Of a DNA stretch of 64,000 nucleotides, positions 24,749 through 37,828 are shown piece after piece. The translations under genes were made by a program, and so were the position numbers. Source of the stretch: Haliotis rufescens (lineage: Eukaryota); assembly GCF_023055435.1 (NCBI RefSeq), contig NW_025964361.1, positions 25,482,001-25,546,000 of the forward strand. Reading direction: 5' to 3'. The notes under the pieces were generated by a model. It was not told where the DNA came from, did not search any database, and was given only the letters and a program-made list of their open reading frames with translations. Numbering within the stretch: the stretch's first letter is position 1; every line of letters starts with the position of its first letter.

Positions 24749-26121
24749 TATGATATATGAGGCTGGTTCATGGCTAATGAGGTTTCTGTTTATTATTAAT
24801 ATACATGAAAAAAACAAAGGAAGTGCTTTGTTATTGACTTTTGATCCCATGATATTGTCCTCCATGGAACTGAATAATATGATGCTATCATTCTGTTTTG
24901 TTGTTGTTTAATGTTGCCTCCCTTTGCTGTACCAGGATCCACTGGTTGTTTTGAATCCCACATTATGATCCTTCAACAGTTACTGTAAACCCCATTCTTT
25001 GAAGTGTGGATTTTACCAATATGGTAAACGTATGACATGCAATCCTTTGGGCTTTCCAAACACACTGGGACAGTACTGAAATATTGTTCAAAGATTTGTT
25101 AAACCCAACTCTCTCATTGATTTTGTGCGTTAAAAAGTGTATAATCGAGCATGATATGAGCAAAATGATACGGTTACACATCATATCATCACTTTGTTTA
25201 AGAAAAGCCTAGAATATGTACTTTGTTTACATGAAAGGTTTAGAGTTGTTATTATGAAGTTTCAGAATACTAACAAGACTTGCTACCCTATTATATCTGA
25301 GCCTTTCATTTTACTTGTATGACATTGCCAGGTTCAAAATTATGAATGAATATGATTTGACCCATTGGGTGTTGAATTGACTGAGGAAGACTTGCTTCAT
25401 TCTAGGGATTCACTTGCACAAGATATTGGAGCCTATATGCATATTAACATGATTAATGGACCATTGACACAGATAGCAGTCAAAGCGAGACCCATGGGGA
25501 ACAACAGAGTGTGGATGTTGAGATCATCAAAATTCGTTCAGTTTACAATCCATGTTAAATTTAACTGATAATTTCCTGATAGAAAGTCAATCAAGTGTAG
25601 GCAATGTATTTTTAAACAAGGAAATTGTCTCTTTTTTTTATAAAAAGCATAAGGCTTCACAAATAATTTATATTCTTTAGGTGAAGTGGTCAACCTAGGA
25701 CCTACATTTTCATGGCCCCGAAACGTAATGCTTAAGTCCAACTGTCCCAGGCCTCATTATAAAAAGACAGGTGAGTCCTTGTACTTCAGAAACCCTGACC
25801 TGACGGCAGTTATAAGAACCTTGACCCCATGACCTTTAGAAGGTCCTTGTATAAGGCTGTAGTTTGTCAATGTCGCCTTGTCAGCGGAACTGAATAAAGG
25901 AAAGTTTTAATCTTTCAAAAGAGCCATGTTACAAGGCGCTAGTACTGAGGCCTGGTGCAGTTGTTCGGTTGTATTTCTGGAGTTGACAGGATGTTGTCCC
26001 CACCCAATGTCCCAGTAGCTGCCTGCAGTAATCCTGAGGTCAATAAAATATTACCGGGTCAGTATTCATTGAATCTCCTCAGCCAGGTAATACACATATC
26101 AGATGTATTTCATAGAGTTTG

Positions 26122-26322
26122 GACCCATGAAGATCCAGGGTAGAATAGGTCACCATCGACCCATGCTTGCCGTAAAAGGTGACTAAGAGGTGGTGATTAA
26201 CAGGATTGGGTGGTCAGGCTCGCTGACTTAGTTGCATATCATCTTATCCCAATTGGGTGGATCGATGCCAGTCACTGGATTGTATGGTCCAGATTTGATT
26301 ATTTACAGACCAAATAAACAAA
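26122..26322 (+). mobile_element. SINE-like family A (3' internal deletion)
   Basis: TSD catagagtttg. Confidence 0.8.
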
Positions 26323-27091
26323 CATAGAGTTTGACTATATTTATGCTCTTGTCTTAACATGCCTAAAGTGCAAGTCTCATGGGTATATGCAACTTGCAGA
26401 ATTGGTTAGATCATAACATCGTTAATGCAGATTTCGTATAAAAACTTATCAGCAGCGCTTAATGAAGTTTGTTTGCACTTTAGTCCTGTCTGTCAATTTT
26501 AAAGACTGAAACGCATGTACGGCAAAGGGGAGCCTTTCTATACAGAGGCTCCATATATGGTTATGGTGGAGGAAATGTCCTCCAAACTTCATGATTGATC
26601 GCACAACATACTTGACCCTCTGCACCCAAGCAAGCAAGCTTCCGTTCATGGTCATAGTTGGCTGAACACATCCTTGGCAAGGCAATGACCGTTTGTACAC
26701 TGTACTTTCCTTCGTATGAGTGGGATTAAAGAATTAATATGTACTCCTTTCTTTTAACAAAGGAAATGTGCTAAGAGCTATTTATATTACAAATTGAGTT
26801 CACTATTCCACGAGAAAACGATGTGCGAAATATGCTCTTTCTCAAATTACGTTTATTCTTCTGGTTTCTGTACTTCATTTATTTTGTTGAGACTTTTCTT
26901 TGTTTAAAATATTTGCTGATCTGTGTATAAAGTGAGGAAGCATCGATCATGCTACTTCGTAACTTTTTTTTCCTTTTCGTGAGCTCAAATAGATCAGAAC
27001 TTGCCAATATGTTCTACTCTGACAGTGGCAATAGTTTTTGATATATTATGGAATGTGAATGTTTCTCGGAACATGAATTTGTGATTTCCAA

Positions 27092-27270
27092 GGAAGGAGT
27101 ACAAGTGAACCCAGAGGAAGGAGTACAAGAGAACCCCGAGGAAGGAGTACAAGTGAACCCAAGAAAGGAGTACAAGTGAACCCCGAGGAAGGAGTACAAG
27201 TGAACCCCGAGGAAGGAGTACAAGTGAACCCCGAGGAAGGAGTACAAGTGAACCCCGAGGAAGGAGTACA
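27092..27270. repeat. 24-bp minisatellite, ~7 units
   Basis: Unit gaaggagtacaagtgaaccccgag. Confidence 0.9.
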
Positions 27271-28050
27271 AAAGAACCCCTACATGTTTGAGCCTGTGAT
27301 TGTCAATAGTGACGAAGATAACCAGGATGATCCGCATCTTGGCATGGATCACAAGGGATTGCAAAACATAGATTGGTTAATTTGTTTGGTATATTTTCTT
27401 CAAATCCCAATATCCTGCTGTAGTCTTGAAATAGCACAACAAAGAGGAAGCGCCATGTCATAGACTCTGAATCTGTGTCACTTGCTAACGTGTTGCATGA
27501 CACTATACACATGGCTGAGTGATTTATGATGCCTGGACTGACTGCCAGCATTTATCATGCAATAATAAGTACAATCAGTTGTGAGATAAGGGGGACTGTG
27601 GGTGAGACAAATACTAATTGGCTACAAAGATCAATATACTGGTGTTATACACACAATACAGGTCTCCCGACAACTAATGACTAATTAATCGCGTATACTC
27701 TGTACCCAGCTGATGGTAATATCTCAATCATCTTGCACGCCTACCTGTCCGTGCTAATTAAGCCACGCTTCCTTGTTTGCGATTCGTTTGGGTTGTTACA
27801 AATACAGACATCAAAATACATACTTTTATTGAAGCGCAACAGTGTTGAGTTTGTTTCCACACTTTCTTCCTCGGCCATCGTCTTGTACATCAAACTGGCT
27901 ACATACTGATATAAGAGAAATCTATTACTATTACTTGAACTTGACTAAGGGTTGTTGGGGTGAAGGGATAGTCTAGAGATTAAAGTGTTTGTTCGCCTCA
28001 CTCTAGGCCAGGTTTTCATTTCCCCACATTTGGGTAGGGCCCATTCTTGT

Positions 28051-28264
28051 TTGTTTGTTGTTTAACACTGCACCCAGCAATATTCCAGCTATATGGCGGC
28101 GATCTGTAAATAATTGAGTCTGGGCCAGACAATTCAGTGATTGATATCATGAGCATCAATCCACGCAACTGGTATACGATGACAAGCATCTGATCCCGTT
28201 ATTTGCGACTTACGACAAGCATGGGTTGCTGAAGACCAATTCTCTACCCCGATCTTCACAGGTC
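28051..28264 (-). mobile_element. SINE-like family A nested in a decayed family B SINE (~27960-28340)
   Basis: TSD cccattcttgt; the flanks rejoin into a family B-like sequence. Confidence 0.8.
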
Positions 28265-29879
28265 CCCATTCTTGTGTTGCTTAGAAGTGGATTGGCTGGA
28301 AGTTTGCAAAAAGTGGTGTAAAATTATTCTAGCTTGCTGACTGATAAAACCAAAATCTGGTCCTCTGCAATGCCTGATTGATGTATATCAAAATACAAGG
28401 AGGAGTTATCTTCCCCTAGGCAGTGCCTTACATCTCAGCCCCACCTAGGTTCTGTTCTCTTTTGTGCAAATTACTTTTACTCTGTCCTCTATTTTGTATT
28501 TGAGCTTTGACTTAGATTTGTGAACATAATTCTGACTGGTCAGCCTCCCAGACCCTAGAAAATAAGTTAAAAATATGAATCCAACTCAAGTCTAGAACAA
28601 TTTGGCAAGTCTAAATTGTCTCAGGTTAGCTTTGTTCTGGTCTCCATTTAATAGTTATTTTGTAGATAAATAAGATAACTATTTCTGGACTAAATATAGG
28701 TCAAGTCTGTAGCTTTCAAATGAAAATAGTGGTGTGTCTGTCTGAAATCAATTGCAATGTGTAGAGTTGTGTCCCTTGGACACGCCAGAAACCGATGCTC
28801 GCAGTTCCAATCCCAGACTTACCCTGAATATGGTTATTTCTTTGAGACAGGCACTTGTGTGTCACCTGCATTAACAAACTCACTTGATTATCACTTGCCC
28901 TGCATTGACCCCTTCCTCTTGATTACAACTTGTTTTAAGTATGATTATTTGGTTTGGAAACCCAAATATGTGAATCTTTGGACAAAAACGGAATGAGGCA
29001 CAATGCTGAATACCAACAATTCTTTAACTTCTCTTTTTGCCAGTGTTAATGTGATTAAGAACGTTTTCCAAGAACGTCTGTTTACAGAACAGGGCTCCCC
29101 ACATTTCTGAGCAGGTAACAGCAGACCACCTGTCTGTGAATCAGTCTGTCTTTTATATACTATGTTTACACGGCAGGGCAAGAAAGTCGGATCATTTGAT
29201 AGCGGGAGGGAATACCACAGTCCCAAAGAGGGCTTCATCGGCTTGACCTTCAGCAAGAATACTTATATTGGGGATAAAAAGCTCCAATTATTCTGCGACA
29301 TAAAAATCCCAAATTTGCAGATTTCTAACCTTTGTCATTTGCAGAATGAGAGAGCGGAGCTGTGTGTAGCGTAAATAGCTCGGCTTTCTCACAAGAATGC
29401 AGCATCTGCTTTCATCAGCAGCCACAAACCCCCAGTCTGCAGGCGCTATGGATCAGAGGCTTTTGTAATGACTTGTGCCAGAGCTTCCCATGTCAGGGAT
29501 GGTGGCCAAGAAAAAGAGGCTGGTATTTTACACTTGTGTCTTGTAGAATCCAAGCCAGAGCTAACTTGCCTGATGATTATTGGTTTATTTTAGACCAGAA
29601 ATCTGCAGTTGCCATATCTAAGGCATTGTGGAATTCTCTTCTCTCAAAATGATTTTTTTCAGTATTATTATGATTATGTTTTTGCAGATCATAGACTTGA
29701 TTGACAATAGGTAATATCAAAGTAACAGTTGATGGTCTAAATACAAATACCATTAATAATAATAATAGAAGTAGCAACAGCAACAACAATAATGAAAATG
29801 CTATTTCTATAGTGCAAAGTTCCTTATCATTGAGGGACATGCTCAATGCTGTTTATCAGTATCAGGTTTTGTTCATAAT

Positions 29880-30224
29880 TACCATTTTCGACGAATAAGC
29901 GCCCAGGGCCCTCTCAAAATTAGAAATAGGGGGCTCTAATTACAATATTATTTTGGTGAAAAAAACAGTTGAAAGATAAATTTCGTGGTTTATGCTGACA
30001 GCCTGAAATGTTTATATACGACAGATATATTTTTTCAGAATTCAATAGCCCATAATTAAGGGTGCATATAACACACGAGTGCGTATTATACGCGAATAAA
30101 TAAGTCTTGTGTACATTCATCAGTCTGAAGGGGTGCTAATTGGGATTGTTCACTTGCCAATATATTAGCAAATATCACTGTGGGCGCTTATTAGAGCGGG
30201 GTGCTTATTACATCGAATACGGTA
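29880..30224. mobile_element. Same pogo-like MITE
   Basis: Colinear with 6532-6878. Confidence 0.85.
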
Positions 30225-30676
30225 GTAGGTAGGGTTTTGTTGCACAAAGCAGTCTGTGTTCTACTGTGACTATAAGTATGAATGATGATGTAGAGGAGTT
30301 GTGATGTTTAATAGTGCAAAATCATTGTGTTAGAGTCTAGTAATTAAGCAAATATCCTTTTTGTAAAATTTGAAGAAGGCAACTAGATCTATGTCAGGCA
30401 ATAACTTGAAGGTAATTTTGTTCAAGACAAATGGACTGTTCCACATCTTTATTTTTAACAAGAAATCCTTCCTGACTATCATCCTGAAAAAGGTCATTTT
30501 GGAAATCAAATATTGGACAGCATGGCCAGTGGTCCTGATGCCTTGGTGTGTACTGCTTGATGTCAGGGGACACTTCCCAAGTTAGGTCTTCATATTTAAG
30601 CAACTAAACAACTAAAGCATAGAGAACCCAGACCAGGAAAATAAATACAAATAGTTTATGTTGTTTAATAATCTTA

Positions 30677-30944
30677 GACCCGTGAAGATCCGGGTAGAGA
30701 ATGGGTCTTCACCAACCCATGCTTGCCGTAAAGACGACTAGGCTTGTCGTATGAGGTAAATAATGGGATCGGGTGGTCAGGTTCGCCGACTTGGTTGATG
30801 CATGTCATCGTATCCCAATTGCGTAGATCGATGCTCATGATATCAGTCACTGGATTTTCTTGTCCAGACTCCATTATGTACAGACCACCATAATATAGCT
30901 GGAATATTGCTGAGTGTGGCGTTAAACAACAAACAAACAAACAA
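30677..30944 (+). mobile_element. SINE-like family A
   Basis: Colinear with the consensus. Confidence 0.85.
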
Positions 30945-31734
30945 ATATTTCGAACTACTCAAGCTATAATGTTAGCAATATATGTATAAGCCATACGATA
31001 AAGAATCATTTGACCTCTCAAGTACTTGGGCTGATTTGCATACACTGATGAGGGACCAACCCTGTGATATTCTGGCAGGAGGCCTGGGATTAGTCCCAGA
31101 ATATGCGTTAAAAAATAATTATGCTTCAAACAAAAATTATTAATATTTTGGCTCATACTTTCAAGTAAAAAATATCTGGTTTTGCAGTTGTAGCTGAAAA
31201 CATATTCAGTCCCTATACAAAATCACAGCTTCCCAAACCGTCCCCAACCCTCCCCACAGGTTTCAAATGGCCTTTCCCTTACCATGAAGAGAGACCTACT
31301 GTGCTGATACCTTGAACACCATATGAACACGATGAACATAATGATGGCCTAAAGGGAAGGTTTGGAAAGAGTTGGATCAGAGGAAATGGCATCTTTCAAG
31401 TACTGATGGTCATCTGATTGCGTTCATATACTGATAGCAGGGACTTTGATGTCATCACCAAGTAATCGGTGATACAAAGTTTTGTAATTGATTTTGATGG
31501 AGACTGATAAAAAACTGTCACTTTAGGTCAAGTTTAAGGATGTATGAAGCCCATTTTTGATGTACCCATCCTTCATGTGACTGGAGTATTTGGACAAGTA
31601 GCCTAAACCTTGCTTGTCAGCCTCTTCCTTGATAACGATTTATCAAGGGATTCCCAGAGGCTGAAATCTCTGCTGAATCGTCCATTTTACTCTTCCAACT
31701 ATATCATAAGCATGTGTTAATTAATCACTATCAT

Positions 31735-32010
31735 ATAGGGATGATACCAGGTGGTCGTGAAAAGGTAAGTGTACCCTGCCTGACCGATGGCACCCATCAC
31801 AAACAAACACGCGAAGGCAAGCCAATTGTTCACCTGAAAAAACACGGGAACATACATTACAAACTTGTGAATTGCTTCGGACATCATTTCTGTCACTGGT
31901 ATGTAAATTTTGGACATGTCCTCAACAAGTCTACCATAAAACTTTTTAAAAGTTTCTGAGGCCTTGAGTGTTGTAAGAGTTGTATGACGCTCTTTGAAAT
32001 CTTCGTAGAA
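31735..32010 (-). mobile_element. Penelope-like element, C-terminal RT fragment and 3' UTR
   Basis: YEDFKERHTTLT...KKFYGRLVEDMSK resembles the PLE RT C-terminus (KFYGRH); followed by ggtgcc...cagggtacacttacc...cacctg. Confidence 0.45.
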
Positions 32011-32075
32011 AGATTATGCTTGATAGTACCTCAAAAGTTGTGAAATGTAGACACAAAACCAAAGATTTTATTAAC

Positions 32076-32310
32076 TGTTTGTTGTTTAAAGTCGCACTCC
32101 AGCTTTTTTTACGGCGGTGTGTATATAATAGAGTCTGGACCAGACAATCCAGTGATTGACATCATGAGCATCAATCCACTCAATTGGGATACGATGACAT
32201 GACCACCTAACCACCCGATCCCGTAAGTCGCCTCTTACAACAAGCATAGTCCCCTTAAACGGCAAGGATGGGTTGCTGAAGACCTATTCTAACTTGGATC
32301 GTCATGGGTC
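32076..32310 (-). mobile_element. SINE-like family A
   Basis: Colinear with the consensus. Confidence 0.8.
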
Positions 32311-32504
32311 TTTTATGTTGTGAATGTTACCCAGTTTGGAGATTTCCTTGTTGTCTTATGAATGAGACAGTTATGAAAGTGAAAGGGAGACATTGTAACC
32401 TGGCAAATAGATGTGTCAGCTTTGCAGTGTTGTAATGTGTTAATGTACTGTTACACCGTCGCGTCATCACCAGCATGAAGCCGCACATGTTCACCCTGTC
32501 AAAA

Positions 32505-33322
32505 TGCCCAGACGAAGTTGGCGGGGGATATAGAAACGGGCTCCGTCCGTCACATTTTGTTTCCGGAGCATAACTCAGAAACCGTTCAATATTTTTTCAT
32601 GAAACTAGTGCCTTTTGCTATTAAGAAATTTTAGACATTTTTATTTTCTACGTTTCCATGGCAACAAGATGGAATTAGGGTCTGTGAGGGTAGGGTTCGT
32701 TTCCAGAGCATAACTCATATACTGTTCAATATTTTTTCATGAAACTTTGCAGGTCTGTCAAGTACATGCTGAAATGGTGCCTTTTGCTATTTAGAAATTT
32801 TAGAAATTTTTATTTTTTACGTTTCCATGGCAGCAAGATGGACTTAGGTTCTGTGATGGTAGGGTTCGTTTCCGGAGCATAACTCATATACTGTTCAATA
32901 TTTTTTCATGAAACTTTGCAGGTCTGTCAAGTACATGCTGAAATGGTGCCTTTTGCTATTTAGAAATTTTAGAAATTTTTATTTTTTACGTTTCCATGGC
33001 AGCAAGATGGACTTAGGTTCTGTGATGGTAGGGTTCGTTTCCGGAGCATAACTCAGAAACCGTTCAATATTTTTTCATGAAACTTTGCAGGTCTGTTAGG
33101 TACATGCTGAACTGGTACCTTTTGCTATTTAGATAATTTAGAAATTTTTATTTTTTACGTTTCCATGGCAGCAAGATGGACTTAAGTTCCAAACTCTTCT
33201 TTTTTTACAATTTCCATGACAAGTTCCACCTCGGTTAAAAAATGTTAGGGTTTGTTTAGATTTAATTATGTCATAAATTCTGCAACAGGGGCGGGGGATA
33301 TAGCCACGTTGACTCTTGTTCA
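32505..33322 (+). mobile_element. Helentron-type non-autonomous element (HINE/pearl-like) with a 169-bp internal tandem array
   Basis: gcgggggatatag at both ends, ccgtccgtc microsatellite, ~3.5 repeats (32702/32871/33040), ends cttgtt. Confidence 0.7.
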
Positions 33323-33765
33323 ACTTGGACTGACCTCCAGGACTCATGCGTTTGTAAATGTTACATTTTGTGTGTGACACAAGCCATTATGTGCAGTTTG
33401 ATTCTTAAAACTCCCTTGCTGCTGGAAGGGTTATGGGTTAATGGGTAATCAGATTACACTTTCTCAAAGCAGCCTCATGTTCAGTCATGGTGAGAAATCC
33501 GGATGTTGATTGTTTATCTTGAAATCACAGTTGTTGTAATCGGAAGTTGAAAAAAATAAATATTTGCCTTTTGCTTGCCAAGATCAAATTTAATCATGCC
33601 ATGTTTGCCTCAGGATCATTAGTGATGATTAATTTGATAGTGTAATTGAAAATATATTTTTTTACATAATGACAATAATGTTAAAGAGTTAAGATTGCAG
33701 GATATGGAAGGGTGGTCTGACTCAGTGACTTGGATCATGCATGTCATTGTAGCCCAATTATGTAG

Positions 33766-34033
33766 ATTGTTGATGTGGCTGGAATCTTGCTGACTACTAA
33801 TGTCACTATTGTTGATGTGGCTGGAATCTTGCTGACTACTAATCTCACTATTGTTGATGTGGCGGGAATCTTGCTGCCTACTAATCTCACTATTGTTGAT
33901 GTGGCTGGAATCTTGCTGACTACTAATCTCACTATTGTTAATGTGGGTGGAATCTTGCTGACTACTTAACTAATGTCACTATTGTTGATGTGGCTGGAAT
34001 CTTGCTGACTACTAATGTCACTATTGTTGATGT
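33766..34033. repeat. 42-bp minisatellite, ~6 units
   Basis: Unit attgttgatgtggctggaatcttgctgactactaatctcact. Confidence 0.9.
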
Positions 34034-34035
34034 GT

Positions 34036-34553
34036 CAGTGTTGGAATTTTAACTAACATTTAGTCCACTAGTCCTTAAAATGATAACATATAGCAAATTC
34101 CTGAAAAATGGCAATTTCCCACTTGTCCTTATGATACCTTAACTAGTGGAAATTTGCCATTTTTAGGAATTTGCTATTTGTTATCATTAAGACGGACTAC
34201 TAGTCCTTATGATACCTGAACTCACCCGTGATGATCCGGGGTAGAATAGGTTTTCAGCAACCCATGCTTGCCATAAAAGGAGACTATGCTTGTCTTAATG
34301 GAGACTAACAAGATCGGGTGGTCAGGCTCGCTGACTTGGTTGATGCATGTCATCGTATCCCAAATGTGTAGATCGATGCTCATGACATAAATCACTGGAT
34401 TGTCTGGTCCAGACTGGATTATATACAGACCGCTGTCATATAGCTGGAATATTGCTGAGTGCGACGTTAAATAACAAACAAACAAACAAATGATACCTTA
34501 ACTTTTGGCCAGTTTGGCAAGAACTACAGGACTAGTGCCAATTTCTAACGCTG
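34036..34553. mobile_element. Same MITE family, partly fold-back duplicated and interrupted by a SINE
   Basis: MITE halves flank SINE 34223-34489. Confidence 0.75.
34223..34489 (+). mobile_element. SINE-like family A inserted in the 156-bp MITE
   Basis: TSD atgatacct(g/t)aact. Confidence 0.85.
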
Positions 34554-36089
34554 CCTTTGAGGTTTTAGGGAATCTTTAGGGTTGTAACAGATAAACTTTG
34601 GGTCAGTGGGGTTGTCAAGTGGTTATAATGTTCACTCGTCACACCGAAGGCCCGAGTTCTATTCCTGTGATATTGATGAAATATTGCTAAAAGCAACATA
34701 AAACAATACTCCCTGTCACAAATACCCTTTTCTATAATAACACTGTATGTTCATCTTGAATCAGTACGCAGTCCGGGGAATCAAGGGAGAAGCCCAGTAC
34801 AAGAATCGCATTCTTAACCTTTGACCTATCCGCGGTGGCTGTTGGAGTGCGGCTGCATCGTTGGTGATGAGACTCCAGCACATGTACACCCTCTGATGCT
34901 TTCTCCATCTTATCACCAGCCTCTGTTAGCACTGCACCACTCTTTCCATCAGAACAGAATGGTGGCAGATTGCAGTTTCTTGTTTTTGCAAGTCTTTTAT
35001 GCTGGGTTACCATAGTTACATGTAATTAGAAAATATAGTTTCAGGATTTGACTTTTATCTTGGCATTGCTGGAAGTCTTTTAATCCATTAATAAACACTC
35101 TAAGCGTTGGATACGGAATACTCAGTGCTTAGGAAATGTGATGTTTTTTAAGGTGTTATTGTAAAAGGATTATTTTCCATGGTTTGGGAGATTGGAGGAG
35201 ATGAATCGGTCACCACGTTGAATTCTTCATAACTGTGTGTGAGTGATTAATGATATAATCAGGGTTAATTGATTTATCAGATGGTAATTATTATCTGTCA
35301 TGTATGACAAGTAATCAATATTTTTAAGCGATGAATTTCGCATGCATACTGAGAAAGTATTTCGTACTTGGCGATTTCTGCGTTCAGACTGCTTGAAATT
35401 ATTATCTTATGTGTAACAGTCTGCTAAACTTTAGTCTGTTCTGTTGTCCAAAGCAAAATAATCATGTTCTTATAACATCATTTTAAGGGAATCGCTTTTA
35501 TGATGTGATTTTAAGGATGAAACATAGTTCTCAACTCTCAGTGTGACCAGTAGTGTCTAAATAAGTAAATTTTGATGTCATTATTGTGAAACTTAACACT
35601 GTGAAATATTTTATACCAACAATGGTATCTGCTCTAAGTAAAGTCCTACAAGACCAGATCTTTGTTAGTCATTGGTTTGTGGATATTCTTTTGAAAATGT
35701 AGCATGGAAAAAGTTAAGATTTCCTTTTTGTTCTTCAAGAAATTAATTAAGTTACCGGGAGTACAATGTATGCAGAGCTGTTTCTATAAACTTTCAGTCA
35801 GCAGTAGAAGATAAATAGGACTTTAGAGGACCTGGAGTCAGGCACTGTGACATTGTCGGGTGGACTGTTGCTCATGCTCTCACTCACTGGCTTTACTGCT
35901 TTATACTGGGTTGGTTATACTGACTGCTGGGATGTAGCTGAACATCTACCAAAATTTCAGGCATCTGACACCATCAGCGGTTTACTTCCTACTAAACACT
36001 CCAGTTTTACTTTTGTAAATGTTAGTATTGGCTCTTTCATAAAATAAAGGTCCTGTCTAAAGTAGTAATATAAATCTCTAGTGACATCA

Positions 36090-36358
36090 GACCAGTGAAG
36101 ATTCCGGGGTAGAATAGGTCTTCAGCAACCCATGCTTGCCGTACAAGGTGACTATGCTTGTTGTAAAAGGCGACTAACGGGATCGGGTGGTCAGGCTTGC
36201 TGACTTGGTTGATGCATGTCATCGGTCCCAGTTGCGTGAATCGATGCTCATGATATTAGTCACTGGATTGTCTGGTCCAGACTGGATTATTTACAGACCG
36301 CTGTCATATAGCTGGAATATTGCTGAGTGCGGCGTTAAACAACAAACCAACCAACCAA
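36090..36358 (+). mobile_element. SINE-like family A
   Basis: 13-bp TSD tctagtgacatca. Confidence 0.9.
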
Positions 36359-37671
36359 TCTAGTGACATCATCCTATTGTTCTCCAGTCTGGTTAAACCT
36401 CCGGGGGATGTTTATTATATAATTAGAATAATATCCTGGGGATTTTATTAATACATCTTCCCTTTATATTGTAACGTATGAATGTTTCTCGCTAAAAAAT
36501 TATTTTGCATTTGAACACAATGTTATGAAATGTAAAATCAAATGGCAAATGTTTTCTTTATATTCTCAAGGGTTGAACATGCAAACCTTCGTATCTGTAG
36601 CCCAGTGAGTGTACCACAAGGCTACAGAGGCGCTGATAACTCACACTGCTTTTAATTATGTCTTTTTCAAGTACCTGTACGCAAGCAACAGATATTTTAC
36701 GCCTGTCTCCTTAGGTTCATGGAAAGTATGTTTGAAACATAAAAATGTTAAGTAAGGATAAGATATATGGATTAACAACTTCTTTATTACAATTACAATG
36801 TTTCGGTGTAGGTTCTAATCCCATTATCAAGCAAGTGATGTACAGAGTAAATGTTGTGTTTAGCTTCTTTTTTCATATATAAGTTGGATGAAACACTTCC
36901 CCTCAGGTTTTTATGACATTTAAAACCCTCATCCTTGGGATAAAACTTCAGGGCTGGATTCTGATTTTAGATCTCATTTAAACCCTCTGACGTATTTTAT
37001 TCTACGAGTAAGAGTTTCATCTCACTCAAACTTCCGTCCACAACTGAAGACTGTTCATTCATGATTGTCGAGGTGGTAATTGATGACAGCGGGGGAAACA
37101 AATATAATGAGCTTACGTTCTTAACCTATAAATGTCTGGGAATGGGATCCAAGTCAACCTTGCTGAGATGCCGTTTCAGATAAAACTAAGTTTGTTTATA
37201 TATGTTTCGGTTTTTTCAAAGGACATAAACATATGTCAGTAATAACTGCTGACAAACATTGTCAGTTAATCCATTAAAGTCTCCAAATTTCAATGGACCG
37301 AGTGGTTTAAGTTGAGCCTCAAGTTGCTTCCTTAACAGATGTTTAGAATGAATCTGTCCCGACATCCGCTGAAAGAGGATTGAGGCCTTTGAAGTATGAT
37401 TGAAACATGATTAGTTTCCAGGGCATATGGATTTGACATGGCTTATAACTGTTTAAGATGCAAAAGTAATCCATCTGGTTGCTAGAACACAATGAAGATG
37501 GGATGAAAGTTATGTTGTTGGCCATCCTAGTACTGATACAAAGTATACTGGGGAGACATAGGTGGGTATTTGGGAATGTTGACAAGTTGATTCAGACAAT
37601 AAGCTTACCATCTTTTATGACATCTGGAACATTATAAGATTTGATAAATTCTGTTTTGTCAGATAGTTATG

Positions 37672-37828
37672 CAGCAGCAGAAATTGGCACTAGTCCTGTA
37701 GTCCTTGCCAAACTGCCCAATAGTTAAGGTATCATAAGGACTAGTAGAAATCTGCCATTTGTAAGGGTTTTTCTATATGTTATCAATATAAGGACTAGTG
37801 GACGGAAAATGTTGTGTTTCTACCGCTG
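37672..37828. mobile_element. 157-bp MITE, 5-bp TSD ttatg
   Basis: Colinear with the 22500 copy. Confidence 0.85.

Noticed and set aside
25955-26143. LPGQY peptide as possible Gab exon 2
   Set aside because: Lacks the WxRRxFVL start and the YY...IDL motifs of the PH domain; the ORF ends in a SINE.
31045-31075. Hammerhead core ctgatga-ggg-accaa-ccc
   Set aside because: No GAAA after the stem. The - strand candidate at ~44800-44818 has CTGATGA..GAAA but no stems I or III.
34732-35013. 93-aa ORF
   Set aside because: Only faint resemblance to a LINE ORF2 linker (KSGAVLTE..DKM, VKNAIL); too weak to call, and no exon signals.
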